This document shows positions 26,145-37,009 of a stretch of 64,000 nucleotides of DNA, one piece after another (positions within the stretch are counted from its first letter, which is position 1; every line of letters begins with the position of its first letter). The translations under genes were made by a program, and so were the position numbers. The notes under the pieces were generated by a model. That model worked only from the letters and a program-made list of their open reading frames with translations, was not told the origin of the DNA and ran no database searches. The stretch is from Limisphaerales bacterium (lineage in GTDB: Bacteria > Verrucomicrobiota > Verrucomicrobiia > Limisphaerales > SIBE01), in contig JBGAIN010000011.1 of NCBI GenBank assembly GCA_044225505.1, positions 1 to 64,000 of the forward strand. The letters are read 5' to 3'.

Positions 26145-28079
26145 TTAGAGTTCTTGAAAGACGTATTCGTGTTGAGCGTCTCGCAAGGTCAGCGTTTTCT
26201 TGGTGCCGTTGCCTACGACAAACGGAGTGCCTGAAACCCCCGGGGCCGTCGTGATGAAAGAGACGGTTCCATCCGGATTGCGGCGCGACGCCATTTCCGA
26301 CTTCCATTCACCGAAATCAAATGTGGTCACTCCACCGGTGTGGCGGACGGCGATGCGACCGAGCGCCGGGTTATGATAGTTGGCGGCCAGTTTGTCGCTT
26401 TCCGTACGATCGGCTGGAATCGTGAGCAACTTGCGATCGGCGTCTATTTGAGCGAAGAACGTCTTGCCGGCCGCCGCGAGGTCGGCGTCGGCTTCAGACT
26501 TGCCATCGAACAACACTTCCAAAAGCCTGCGCCGAAACTTGGTGCGAATGATCCAACCTGGATCTCCGTTGGTTAGGACGACAGCGCCGACGTTCTGTTC
26601 AGGAAGCCAGATCATATCGCTATGTTGACCGATCATATCACCACCGTGATGGACGACGGTAACCCCGTAAGTGGAGTCGACCATTAGCCCCATCCCATAG
26701 GTCTCGTCCTGGCCAATCGGGACCTGGGCCGCACGCCGTTCCAAGAGAGGGGACTTACTGATGTAACGTTGGCCGTTAGGCAAAACGCCTTCAGCAAGTT
26801 CCATGGAGACGTAGCGCAGCATATCGCGAACGCTGCTCCAAGCCCCACCGGCGGGACGCAATGGAATGACCGCATAGTTCGGTTGCATCGTTGCGCGTTG
26901 TTGTTTTCCGTCGATGTCCGGCGAGTGCGCCACAGTATAATTGCCGGACTGCGCGCGGGCAAAATCGAACGTCGTGGCCTTCATTTGCAGCGGATCAAAG
27001 ACAAGGTGTTGCATGGCGCGGTCGTAAGCGGCCCCAAGTTCCATCTCGGGATACAACACGTGGCCGGCGACGAAACCGGCAGCCGCCGCCATCGGATTCG
27101 AGTATTGAAAGAGTTCGCCGAATTTGGACGTGGGTTGCATGGTCGCCAAGGTGTCCAGCGCACCTTGGGGGGTCAGTGCGCCGAACTCGAAAAACCATTC
27201 CAAGTCCTGTCTGGGGAGGCCGGTGCAAGCGCAGATGAGGTGTTTGACAAGAACCCGCGCAGTGGTGTCCATGTCCCCCAAGCGAAAGCGCGGCAGCAAG
27301 CTGCGGACAGGCGTTTCCCAGGTCAGCCGGCCGTCGTCGACTAGTTTAGCGAGCAATAGCGTGGTCAACGCTTTCGTATTCGAGGCGACCATGAAGAGGG
27401 TATCTCCGTCCACGGCCCTCCCTTCGTCCAGAGCACGGACACCGAAACCACCGGCAAAGACGATTTTTCCGTCCTGAACAATTCCCAAACCGACGCCCGG
27501 AACATTGAGTGCTTTGCGTCCGGATTCGATGAAGTGTCCGAGTTCTGCGATGCGTTTGCTATCTAAGAGATTTGGTTTTTTGCCGGCAAACGATTCGCGC
27601 TTAAATCCTTTGGGGAACAGGCTGTCGAAGACGAGGGCTGCTTGCGCCCCTCGCTTCTCGCCAGTTGCTTGGGTCATGTCGTAGATGACCACCGTCCAGG
27701 CATTGCTGGCATAGCGCACGCTCGCTCCGACTTCACGGCGCTCATTGGGGGAAGTTTGATAATCATAGCCGCGTTGCCTGCTCCATCCATCTTTGTCGGG
27801 ATGATCCGTCGTGACCTTGAGCGGCCATTTGGCATCCGGCTTGTAAGCTTCCCACGCTTTGGCGAGAGCGTTATCCGCATTCTCGGCTGGGATATCAACC
27901 AGGGCGATCCACGAATCGCCCTCCGGCGGGGCGAGGATCGTGGCTGGGCCACGGACGGATCGAGTCCAGCCGTCTGGGAGTATGAAGGTGTTGCCCACAA
28001 CGGTTTCTGAGGGAGTATCAGCTGCTCGGGATACAGGCAACGAGACGGCGATCAGAAAGAGTAGAATGAACTTATGCAT
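26145..28079 (-). CDS. Secreted serine hydrolase, beta-lactamase class C/AmpC-like family
   Basis: SxxK ASNTKA, YSN, HGG motif; signal peptide MHKFILLFLIAVS. Confidence 0.88.
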   Translation of the reverse strand: MHKFILLFLIAVSLPVSRAADTPSETVVGNTFILPDGWTRSVRGPATILAPPEGDSWIALVDIPAENADNALAKAWEAYKPDAKWPLKVTTDHPDKDGWSRQRGYDYQTSPNERREVGASVRYASNAWTVVIYDMTQATGEKRGAQAALVFDSLFPKGFKRESFAGKKPNLLDSKRIAELGHFIESGRKALNVPGVGLGIVQDGKIVFAGGFGVRALDEGRAVDGDTLFMVASNTKALTTLLLAKLVDDGRLTWETPVRSLLPRFRLGDMDTTARVLVKHLICACTGLPRQDLEWFFEFGALTPQGALDTLATMQPTSKFGELFQYSNPMAAAAGFVAGHVLYPEMELGAAYDRAMQHLVFDPLQMKATTFDFARAQSGNYTVAHSPDIDGKQQRATMQPNYAVIPLRPAGGAWSSVRDMLRYVSMELAEGVLPNGQRYISKSPLLERRAAQVPIGQDETYGMGLMVDSTYGVTVVHHGGDMIGQHSDMIWLPEQNVGAVVLTNGDPGWIIRTKFRRRLLEVLFDGKSEADADLAAAGKTFFAQIDADRKLLTIPADRTESDKLAANYHNPALGRIAVRHTGGVTTFDFGEWKSEMASRRNPDGTVSFITTAPGVSGTPFVVGNGTKKTLTLRDAQHEYVFQEL

Positions 28080-28312
28080 GTCAAGTCCCATAGTTCGTGG
28101 CTGAATTAGGATCTGTTTACCCATTGCCGAAACATCGCATCCTCCGGAACGCGAGCGTGGGATGATCGGAAGAGGGAGCATGGCCGAAATTCAGCGCATT
28201 GGCCAGGCTATTTGCGGGACGGGTGTTTTGTTGCGCGATGCCGGCAATCGTTTTATTGTAAGCGACGGGCGAACATGGCGACTACTTCTGCAAATCCAAC
28301 GATTATTCACGT

Positions 28313-29422
28313 ATGAAGATTACAACTCTGGGCGTCTGGGGAATATTGACGCTTTGGACGCTGGGGCAGGGCGGCGTATCGCAAGGCGCGGAAAAGGCGA
28401 CTCTCAGTGTGGGAGACGCGGCGCCTGCTTTGCAAACTGGCCAATGGGTCCAGGGCGAACCGGTCCGCGCGTTTGAAAAAGGAAAAGCCTACATCGTCGA
28501 GTTTTGGGCGACCTGGTGCGGCCCTTGCCGGACTTCGATCCCGCATTTGAACGAGATTCACACGAAGTTCCGGGAAAAGGGCTTGGTCGTGATCGGTCAG
28601 GATGTTTGGGAGGACGACGAGAGTCTGGTGGAGCCTTTTGTGAAGAAGATGGGCACAAAGATGACCTACCGCGTGGCGCTGGACGATAAGAAGGAGAGCA
28701 AGAAAGGCAAAATGGCCGAGACTTGGATGGAAGCCGCCGGGCAGAACGGCATTCCGACGGCCTTCGTTGTCGATCCTAAGGGCCGGTTGGCGTGGATCGG
28801 GCATCCGATGAACCTCAAAGAGGAACTGATCGAAGCGGTGCTGAACGGCACGCACGATCTCGCAAAGGCACTGGCTGCATTCAACGAGGACCGTCAAAAG
28901 ATGGAAGAATGGAAAGCGGCACAACTGCCCAAGAGCAAGGTCTACACCGCACTCCAAAAGAAAGACTGGGCTGAGGCCGAGGCGAAAATTACCGAAGCGG
29001 AAAAGGTTATTTCCAAAGAAGACGTGGCGGGGCTGCGTCTCGCTTTGTTGATGGCGAAGAAAGAGTATGGTGCCGTGGAGAAATTCGTGCAGAAATCCTT
29101 TGGATCGGCGGATGATCAGTTTCCACCAGATCAGGCGATGCGCCTCAATGGCATTGCCTGGGAAATGGCGATTAGTCCGGACCTTTCTGCGGACGACTTG
29201 GAACGGGCGGAAAGGATCGCAGTTTGGGCCAATGCAGCGAGCAGCAACAAGGATCCGATGATCTTGGATACGGTGGCGCGAGTGCTATTTCGCCGGAGCA
29301 AACAAAAGGAGGCAATCGCTTTGCAGGAAAAGGCGGTTCAGCTAGCCCCGGATGACGCTAAAGAGATGTATGAAGCAACGCTCCAAAGCTATCGCAAGGG
29401 TGTGTTGCCCAAAGCGAATTAA
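28313..29422 (+). CDS. TlpA/redoxin-family thiol-disulfide oxidoreductase with TPR-like C-terminus
   Basis: EFWATWCGPCR, GIPTAFVVD; LNGIAW..ILDTVARVLF..AIALQEKAV. Confidence 0.88.
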   Translation: MKITTLGVWGILTLWTLGQGGVSQGAEKATLSVGDAAPALQTGQWVQGEPVRAFEKGKAYIVEFWATWCGPCRTSIPHLNEIHTKFREKGLVVIGQDVWEDDESLVEPFVKKMGTKMTYRVALDDKKESKKGKMAETWMEAAGQNGIPTAFVVDPKGRLAWIGHPMNLKEELIEAVLNGTHDLAKALAAFNEDRQKMEEWKAAQLPKSKVYTALQKKDWAEAEAKITEAEKVISKEDVAGLRLALLMAKKEYGAVEKFVQKSFGSADDQFPPDQAMRLNGIAWEMAISPDLSADDLERAERIAVWANAASSNKDPMILDTVARVLFRRSKQKEAIALQEKAVQLAPDDAKEMYEATLQSYRKGVLPKAN

Positions 29423-29431
29423 GCGCGAGTC

Positions 29432-31502
29432 ATGCGGACTTGGCCATGGCGTGTGTTAGGGGGTCTCGCTCTCCCAGTTATGGCTGGGAGTCTCGCGACG
29501 GCGGCCCCGGTGCGGGACCTGATTGTCACCAATGATCTCCGGTTGCCGCCAGGCGACCACGCCATTCGCCTGATCGTCCGGGGGAGCCACATCACGATCG
29601 AGGGTCGCGGGGCGGTTTTGGTAGGACCCGGAGAAACCGGCGATACTAATAGCCTAGCGGTGGCAGGGGTTGGGGTCGCGGTCGATGGAGTGGCGGGAGT
29701 CACGCTCAAGAACGTTACGGTGCGCGGTTTTGCAATTGGTCTGCAGATGCGCGATGCCACGGCCATCTCGGTTTCGGAGTGCGATTTCTCAGACAATTAC
29801 CACAATCCAGGGCATGGCTGGGGGGAATTGCCAGCACGGGGCGGAATTTTGTGTGAACGGGTGACGCAAAGCACTTTCCTAAAGAACCGCGCGTCGCGCG
29901 TTTGGGATGGGCTGAACTTAGTCGACTCGGACGACAACTTGATCAAGGACAATGATTTTTCGCACTGTTCCAATACGGCGGTGAAACTGTGGCATTCGTC
30001 GCGAAACCACTTTCTCGAGAATAATTTATCGTATGGCATTCGGATTGATCGCAGCGCCGGTGAAGTGCACGCTCGGGACTCGACCGGTGTCTTGATTGAG
30101 ACCGGCTCCAACGACAATTACTGGTTTCGCAACGATGTCACCTATGGCGGCGACGGGATATTCATCCGCCCGTTAAATCGTTGGGTCTCACGTGGGAATA
30201 TCTTCGTCGAGAACGACACGTCTTTCGCCAATAACAATTGCGTCGAATCGTGGAGTCCTGGAAACGTCTTCATTCGGAATCGAGCGAACCACGGGAGTTA
30301 CGGTTTTTGGTTGGGTGGAAGCGACCAGACGGTGCTGATCGGCAACGAGGCAGCGTTCAATGGGCTGACCAATGGAAATCACAATGCGCCAGAGCCTGGG
30401 TTTGGGCACGGGGGGCATTGTGCTGGTTGGGGGATCGTCCAGTCACACGCGGATCGAAGGCAACGATGTGCATGACAATAACGGCGCTGGCATTGCCTTT
30501 CGCGGTGATGTCGCCTCGCGAGGTCGAGCGTGGAAGACGGAGCATTGGGTCGTGCAGCAGAACCGCATTTACAATAACCGCTATGGCTGGTGGGGACGAT
30601 GGGGGGACGGCATTGTGGTGGCAGCGAACGTCCTGACGAACAATTCACAGGGGAACTACCTCACGAATGTGTCGAACTGGATTGAGTTAAACGGAGGCTC
30701 CGAAGCGCACGCTATTCCCGAGATCGGAATTGTTGGTCCGAATCGGGCGCTGGTTGGAGAGCCCGTGCGCTTTCGGGCGGATCGAACGGTGGACGGTTGG
30801 GGAAAAGCGCTGGCGTTTCACTGGTGGTTGGAAGGAGAGGCAGGGCGTGAGGCGGCTTTAGAACGTGTGTTCGATCGTCCTGGTTTCTATCGCCTGGGAT
30901 TGACGGTGGACAATGGCGGGCGAGCCGCTTTGAGTTGGAAGGATTTGATCATTGTCCAGCCAGTGAGGGAGGAGTTAGGAACGGAGCGGCAAGCGCATCG
31001 CTGGGGATACGAGTTGGAAGGCAACTCCGATGGGAAAAGCGAAATCCTTTTCACGGACGATGTTGAGAGCATCTTCGGCAGCGCAAGCTTGCGGTTCTCG
31101 CCGAATCCCTATCCGGGGGCCTACGCGACCGCGATTTACCCGAAGACGCGGGATGCGCACTGGGATTTTTCGGCAAGAAATGAGGTCCGATTTTGGATAA
31201 AGGCGCAAAACCCAAACTTGCCAGGCTTTCAGAACGCTGGACCTGTGATCCGTCTGCTGGGTCCACATGGGCACATTGAATTAAAGCCGGTCAAGGAGGG
31301 GAATCTCTTGAACGATCCGCCATGGAGTGAGGGGCGTTGGTCTTGGATACCGATTGTCATCCCGCTAGCGGGAAGCGATCAGTGGCAGCGAACGGTGCAA
31401 GGGGACTGTAGGCTTTCGCAGATCGACGCGCTCAGTATTGCGCTAGACTCGTGGGGCGGTGACCCTTTCAACGTCTGGCTCGATGGGCTGGCTGTGGAAT
31501 AA
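29432..31502 (+). CDS. Secreted right-handed parallel beta-helix protein with PKD and C-terminal CBM-like domains; one frameshift at ~30410
   Basis: Asn/Gly-rich PbH1 repeats in 29432-30475 continue in 30372-31502 (HGG/IVLVGG junction at a G6 run); PKD-like F..PGFYRLGLTVDNG. Confidence 0.75.
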
Positions 31503-31748
31503 GCTGAAGCGACGGTCGCTGACAACAAGGTGGCCATCCGTAGGCGAGAAAAGCTGGCATTCTTCGAAGCTTATTTGAAAATGAGGAACGGTTGCCAGGG
31601 AACTGCCCTGCAGTCGCACATCAGTCGGCGTGACCGGAAACTCGACGTTCTTGTCTATTAAGGAAATCCTCTTGGTTAGCGTCTGCGACTGGTCTGGCGA
31701 CACCGCGCTGCTCCATTTGACCCGGTTTTATCTCACCCAAAGGGCACA

Positions 31749-32779
31749 TCATCCCGTTGAGGAACTAGGCGACTTGGAGTGGTGCCGAGAGTATTCCGCT
31801 AACATGCGCACGTTTTCATGAGGAGTGTCGCGCGGGATTTCGCAACCGGGACCGACGATGTAACGCGGGCCCGCTTCAGCATGACACTGTTCGAGCGCTC
31901 GCATGACGTCGACGGGCTTGCCGCCTCGGACGACGGTGACGGGATTGACGTTTCCCAGGATGATCTGATTTGAACCCATTTTGGCGCGCCCTTCATGGAC
32001 GGGACTCAGGAAGTCCAGGTCAACAATCTCGCAGCCGAGACGCCCCATTCCGTTCAAGACGTAGCGCGTGTTGCCGCAGATGTGCAAGCGCACGCGGGTG
32101 CCCAGGGCGTGAGTCGTCGACCAGTTTCTTTTCATACTCCCAAACAAATTCCTCGTAGAGGTCGGGTCCAATAAGAGAGACGGCGGCATCACCCACGCCA
32201 ATCAGGTCGGCGCCGGCTTGGACCTGTGCTTTGGCGAAGCCAAGCTCCATCTCAATGATGAAGGCAAAGAGGTCTTTGACAAACTTGGGATCATCGAAAA
32301 AGTCCAGCATCACCGTATTGATTCCGCGCAGATCAGCGGCTTCGGCCATCGGTCCTTCGATCCACCCTTCGACCGCCTTGGTGCCACCAACTTTCTCACG
32401 CAGCAGACGCACTGCTTCAATCCCGTTGGTCATTCGTCCGCCGCCGAGGGGGTCGGGAATCTTCAAGCTGGCCAGCTTCGATTTATCTGCAAGGACTGCT
32501 TTTTCTTCAATCAAGGCTGCCGGTGAGTTTTCCATGTACTCGAGCACGGCCCCGCAGTCGGCGGCTTCTCGTCCTGGATCGGACATGGTGTTGACGTAGT
32601 CGAAGTCGAACTTCTCGGCAACGCGGCACGGGCTTCCGCAAGCGACTCGGCATCCGTTTCGTAGGCTAGATATCTGGCGCCGATCAGATCGCAGGCGAAT
32701 TGCATCGTGATGGGCATTACGGGCAGTCGATCGACTGGTTTTCCGTCGAGATGGGCGAGAATCCGTTCGCGTCCGTCAT
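31749..32779 (-). CDS. Uroporphyrinogen decarboxylase family / MtaA-CmuA-type methyltransferase; frameshifted in several places
   Basis: Fragments ERILAHL.GKPVDRLPVMPITM, SDP.REAADCGA..GWIEGP.AEAADLRG..QVQAGADLIGVGDAA, RLHICGN..GNVNPV..GCEIPRDTP.EN. Confidence 0.8.
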
Positions 32780-33400
32780 AAAGTTTCTCACACAAAGCCC
32801 CTGTTCATTGGTCGCAACACGCCATCCTGGAAGGACCACCAGAAAGTCTGCGTAATTCCAGTAACCGTCCATCAGGAGTTTAAGCGGTGAGACACGGGGA
32901 TTCTCTTTGCGAGCGGACTGACGCTCGAGAGCAGACGTTGAGCGCCTGGGTTGCGATGATCGCTGTGCGCTGTCGAAACGCGCGGCGATCTTCAGCGGCG
33001 CGGTCAACGTGGGCAGAGCGACCTCGGCCGCGAGCGACGTGCGTTGACTCAAGCCTTGGAAAGAGAGCGGCCTTGACGAGAGAAGCGCGGTGTTGTTGAG
33101 CTCGATCGTTCGTCGAGCAAGCTGATGCAATCCTTGGCTCGCGGCAAAACGATCGGAACTGTCCGGGCCGTCAAACCGCGGAAAGAGGGTTTACAGCTGC
33201 CGGCCACGAGCAGCACCGCTTGGTAGATCGATCGTGGGAGGGCATCGATCACTGTTTGGAGATGGCAGACTCGTTCACGATCGGTCAATTGGTGAGCAGG
33301 GTGACGAAGGATCTGGATTTCTATGAGGTTGGTGGAACGAGCGCTGGCCCGTCGAACCTCAGCCTCGAACACGTCGCAAGTGATGAGCCGGGCGCGCGGC
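32780..33400 (-). pseudogene. DUF1638 domain protein, heavily frameshifted
   Basis: Fragments RLITCDVFEAEV..ARSTN, LQTVID..YQAVLL..GL.AR.VPIVLPRAKDCISLL, LMDGYW...DFLVV.PG; directly upstream of the URO-D-family gene, the usual context for DUF1638. Confidence 0.6.
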
Positions 33401-33671
33401 CCTCAAATGTTTGGCGTCCAACGCCGGGGCATTGGGGCGCGCCTGATCTCGAGAACGTGGCGTCCATCGGTCCGCGTTGACCTCGCGGCGACAGCGAGCC
33501 CAACGCTGATGCCTAGTCTGAGAACAAAGTGCGGCAAGTTCCTTGACTGGAATCAATGGAACCGATCGTCGCCTGGTCCATGCTCTCAACCTATCACACG
33601 TGACTCCAAGTTCCGAGAGAGTCTGCGTGATGTCAGCTCTGTCGAAATCAGCCGCATCGAGCTTTGCCGAT

Positions 33672-34982
33672 ATGCTAAATGTCAATCGCCGCCGCTTTCT
33701 ACGCACGTCCGCCGTCGCTTTTGGGGGAGTCACCTTAATTCCGTCTGGGGTCCTGGCAGCGCCAGGACGACCCGGGGCGAATGATCGGTTTGTCGTTGCC
33801 CATATTGGCGTGGGGGGCATGGGAATGAATCACCTGAATAATATGTTGCGCTTTCAGAAAGAAGGGAAAGTGCGGCTGGCGGCAGTGTGCGACGCGGAGG
33901 AAAATCGGTTGGAGGCAGCGGTGACCAATGCCGGTGGGGCTGTGGCTGCCTACACCGATTATCGCCATATCCTCCAACGCAAAGACATCGACGCTGTCTT
34001 GATCGCCACGCCAGACCATTGGCACGCCGTGCAAACGGTGCACGCGTGCGAGCCGGGTAAACATGTTTATGTCGAGGCTTTCGTCCGTCAGCGTTCGCGA
34101 AGGTCGCTTATGGTCGCCGCGGCACGGGCGGCCAAAGTCGCCGTCCAGGTCGGCGCCCAAGCGCGAACTGCCAAAGGAAGATGGCACACGTGCCGCGCCA
34201 TTCGCAACGGCATCGTCGGAAAGGTGCACAAGGTCACATGCTGGCACTATGCAAATCCGGTGGACTAAACGCCGGTGGCCGACAGCGAACCACCCGACTG
34301 GATTGACTGGGATTTGTGGCTGGCCGCCGCCTTGCTGCCGCACACCGACGTTACCAACCTGCGAACTTCCGGTGGTTCCTGGAAATTGGCGGCGGGCAGA
34401 TCCGCGACCGCGGCGCACATCAGTTCAGCACCATTTTGTGGTGCGTTTGACGCTGGGATCACTTTGCAAACCTCTTTTACCGTCGAAGCCAAGGGCAAAG
34501 CACCGAGCCAAGGTTTATGGGACTGCCCGGTCGACATGGAAGTCACCTACCAGTTTCGGAATCCGGACTGGACGCTGGAATGGGGCCAGCCAGGAAACAA
34601 GGTCGGTAAAACCGAATTTGGCAACGTGTTTTGGGGAGAACAGGGACAGCTGATATTGGAATGGGAAGGGGGCTATCGCCCGGCCAATCCCGAGGCGGCG
34701 AATTTTCAATTGACACCTGGCGGGAAAGAGGTTTACCGCACGGACGAGTACGAGGATTTCAACATGAACCACAAAGCCGATTGGTTTAAGTCGATCCGCG
34801 AAGGACATCTCCGGCCAGCGGTGGATATTGAAATCGGCCACCGAACCGCGACTTTATGTAAACTCGGGAATCTCTCGTACATCTGGGGCGAAAATTGGTT
34901 TAGACGGTGAGAAGCAGGAGGCGGTATGATCCTCAGGTACCGCCCTGAGCGCCGGCCGCAACGATATCCCTACGTGTTGTGA
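33672..34982 (+). CDS. Tat-exported Gfo/Idh/MocA oxidoreductase; multiple frameshifts
   Basis: NRRRFL Tat motif; IGVGGMG; DIDAVLIATPDHWHA; GKHVYVE; IDWDLWL; H..DWFKSIR..P.VDIEIGHRTATLC.LGN; ends RYPYVL*. Confidence 0.8.
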
Positions 34983-35029
34983 TGAAGCGACTTGCTCCGA
35001 CTACCCACGCGGCCAAGGAGGACGTGTTA

Positions 35030-35891
35030 ATGAAGATGACCCGACGCAACTTACATGTTTAGCTTGCCAAAGCCGACGACGATCTTGAAGTCCCGCGCGG
35101 GCGAGGGAGCCCTCGACCCCGCTGGGGTTCAGCGAGCTCAGTATTCCGCGTCGTCGTTGTTGTTCCGGAAACTATCGTTGGATCAAGCGTGTGAACGGAT
35201 AGGCCGGCTTGGATTCGACGCACTGGATATCTGGTCTGGATACGAAGGGTGTCCCCACTTGGATGCTGCCGCGACCGAGTGGGGAGCTGAGAAATTCCGC
35301 GAAACGCTCGCGCGCCATCGACTAAGGCTCGGCAGTTTTTCAACTTATGTGGGAGGATACGCCAAGTATGCGGCTTTGCTTGGAGCCATGGGAGGGGGGG
35401 TGGCGATCCAGGGGAGCGAAGGTCCGTGCCCGCCCGATGAGGTCAGGGGGCGCATGAAACGATTTCTTGAGAGTTTGAAGCCTCTCGTGGACCTGGCGGA
35501 GCGAGACAAGTCTTTTCTCGCAATCGAGAACCACGAGAATTCGCTCTTAAGCTCATTAGACTCGATCAAAGCCTTTGTGGATCTCAATTCATCGCCGCGC
35601 TTGGGCGTGGCATTGGCCCCGTATCATCTTCAAGCCGGTCAAATCTCAGTGCCGGAGGCGATCGCGGTTTGTGGCCGGCAATTGTTCTTCTTTTATGCGT
35701 GGCAGCACGCAAAAGGTCTCGAACAATTGCCTGGCATTGGGCCAACGGATTTCCGGCCTTGGCTCCAAGCATTAGGGGCGGCGCAGTACCGGGGTTATAT
35801 CAACCCCTTTCTGCACGGTGAATTCAGCGTCCAGGAGACGGAATCCAATCTCCAGTCAGCTCTCAGTTACCTTCGGACAAAAGCGGTTTAA
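35030..35891 (+). CDS. Sugar phosphate isomerase/epimerase (xylose isomerase-like TIM barrel); 5' frameshift
   Basis: AAGGAGG SD before ATG 35030 (MKMTRRN); LGFDALDIW, LAIENH, LAPYH, PG.GPTDF in ORF 35055-35891. Confidence 0.8.
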
Positions 35892-36994
35892 AGGAGCGAG
35901 AGGGCTTCGTGCAGCTCGGCATCGGTATTGTAAAAATGCGGTGGGATACGAGCCTCGGTTAGCTTTTGATGGAGGGACTGCAGATCCGTTCCAGGTTTGT
36001 AGAAGCTCACGATGCCGCTCGCATTTTCCCGCGGCAGATTGGGGTGCAGCACGGCGTAGCCTTTGGCCTGGAGCGCGGGGATGAGCCAAGTGCGTTTTCG
36101 AACGAGTTCCTCGGCGATGGACGTGACTCCGATTTCCAAAAGGAGTTCGAGCGCAGCGTTGAGGCCCACTAAGCCGAGCAGATTATGGCTGCCCGCTTCA
36201 TAGCGCGCCGCGCCGGAACGCAGTTCGAGTTCTTCTTGAGCCACGAAGCCTGGGCAACGGACGTTGTTCCAGCCGTAGACAATGGGCCGCAGTTGGTCTT
36301 GAACTTCTTTGCGCACGTACATGAGTCCGGCGGCGCACGGCCCGAGCATCCATTTGTGCGCATCAGCCGCTAGGAAATCGACGTTTTTCACAGACGTGGG
36401 AAAAGCGCCGACGGTCTGAATGCCGTCGACGCAGAAAAGGATGTTGCGCTGTCGCAGGGCAGCGCCGATCTCGTCGATGGCTAACCGATGGCCCGAGATG
36501 AAGTGGCATGAGGCCAAGGCGACCAGTCGAGTGCCTTCGTCGATTTGTCCCAAAACATCCACGGGTCGAATCCGTCCGAGCTCCCGGACATTTAGAAATC
36601 GGACTTCGACGCCCCGGTTGGCCAGGGCCATCCATGGATAGACGTTGGAGGGATAGTCATCGAAGTAAATCACCACATTGTCGCGCTTCCGGAAGAAGAG
36701 TCCGCCAGCGACGAAACTTAACGCGAGCGACGTGGGACCGACATAAGCGATCTCTTCGGGTTTGGCATCCAGGAAACGCGCTGCCAGCTCACGAGATTGA
36801 TGCAACTGGAAAGCTGGCAGGAGGGTTTCCTGATCACCTTCCGTGGACTGGCTGGCGTAGCTGCGAATCGCTTCAGCGACGCGTCGTGGCAGCGGGCAGA
36901 CACCAGCGTGAGCGAGGAAAATCTTGTCTCGGGTAACTGGGAATTCGTGCTCGCGAAGGGCTTTGTCGGCGTGGAGTTGGGCGATAGTTAACAT
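35888..36994 (-). CDS. Class V PLP-dependent aminotransferase (cysteine desulfurase-like)
   Basis: FLAHAGVCP, DYPSNVYPW, VDGIQTVG, ADAHKWMLGP (PLP Lys), RYEAGS; C-terminus looks slightly shortened before PHFYNT. Confidence 0.88.
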   Translation of the reverse strand: MLTIAQLHADKALREHEFPVTRDKIFLAHAGVCPLPRRVAEAIRSYASQSTEGDQETLLPAFQLHQSRELAARFLDAKPEEIAYVGPTSLALSFVAGGLFFRKRDNVVIYFDDYPSNVYPWMALANRGVEVRFLNVRELGRIRPVDVLGQIDEGTRLVALASCHFISGHRLAIDEIGAALRQRNILFCVDGIQTVGAFPTSVKNVDFLAADAHKWMLGPCAAGLMYVRKEVQDQLRPIVYGWNNVRCPGFVAQEELELRSGAARYEAGSHNLLGLVGLNAALELLLEIGVTSIAEELVRKRTWLIPALQAKGYAVLHPNLPRENASGIVSFYKPGTDLQSLHQKLTEARIPPHFYNTDAELHEALSLL

Positions 36995-37009
36995 GGCAAG
37001 GAAGGCAGA

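Noticed and set aside
26145..28079. Antibiotic-resistance beta-lactamase
   Set aside because: SxxK/YxN motifs are shared by the broad serine hydrolase family; the length and extra domains fit a peptidase/esterase better than AmpC.
33400..33670. Cobalamin riboswitch upstream of DUF1638/methyltransferase
   Set aside because: Could not find the conserved B12-box or GGGAA core elements on either strand.
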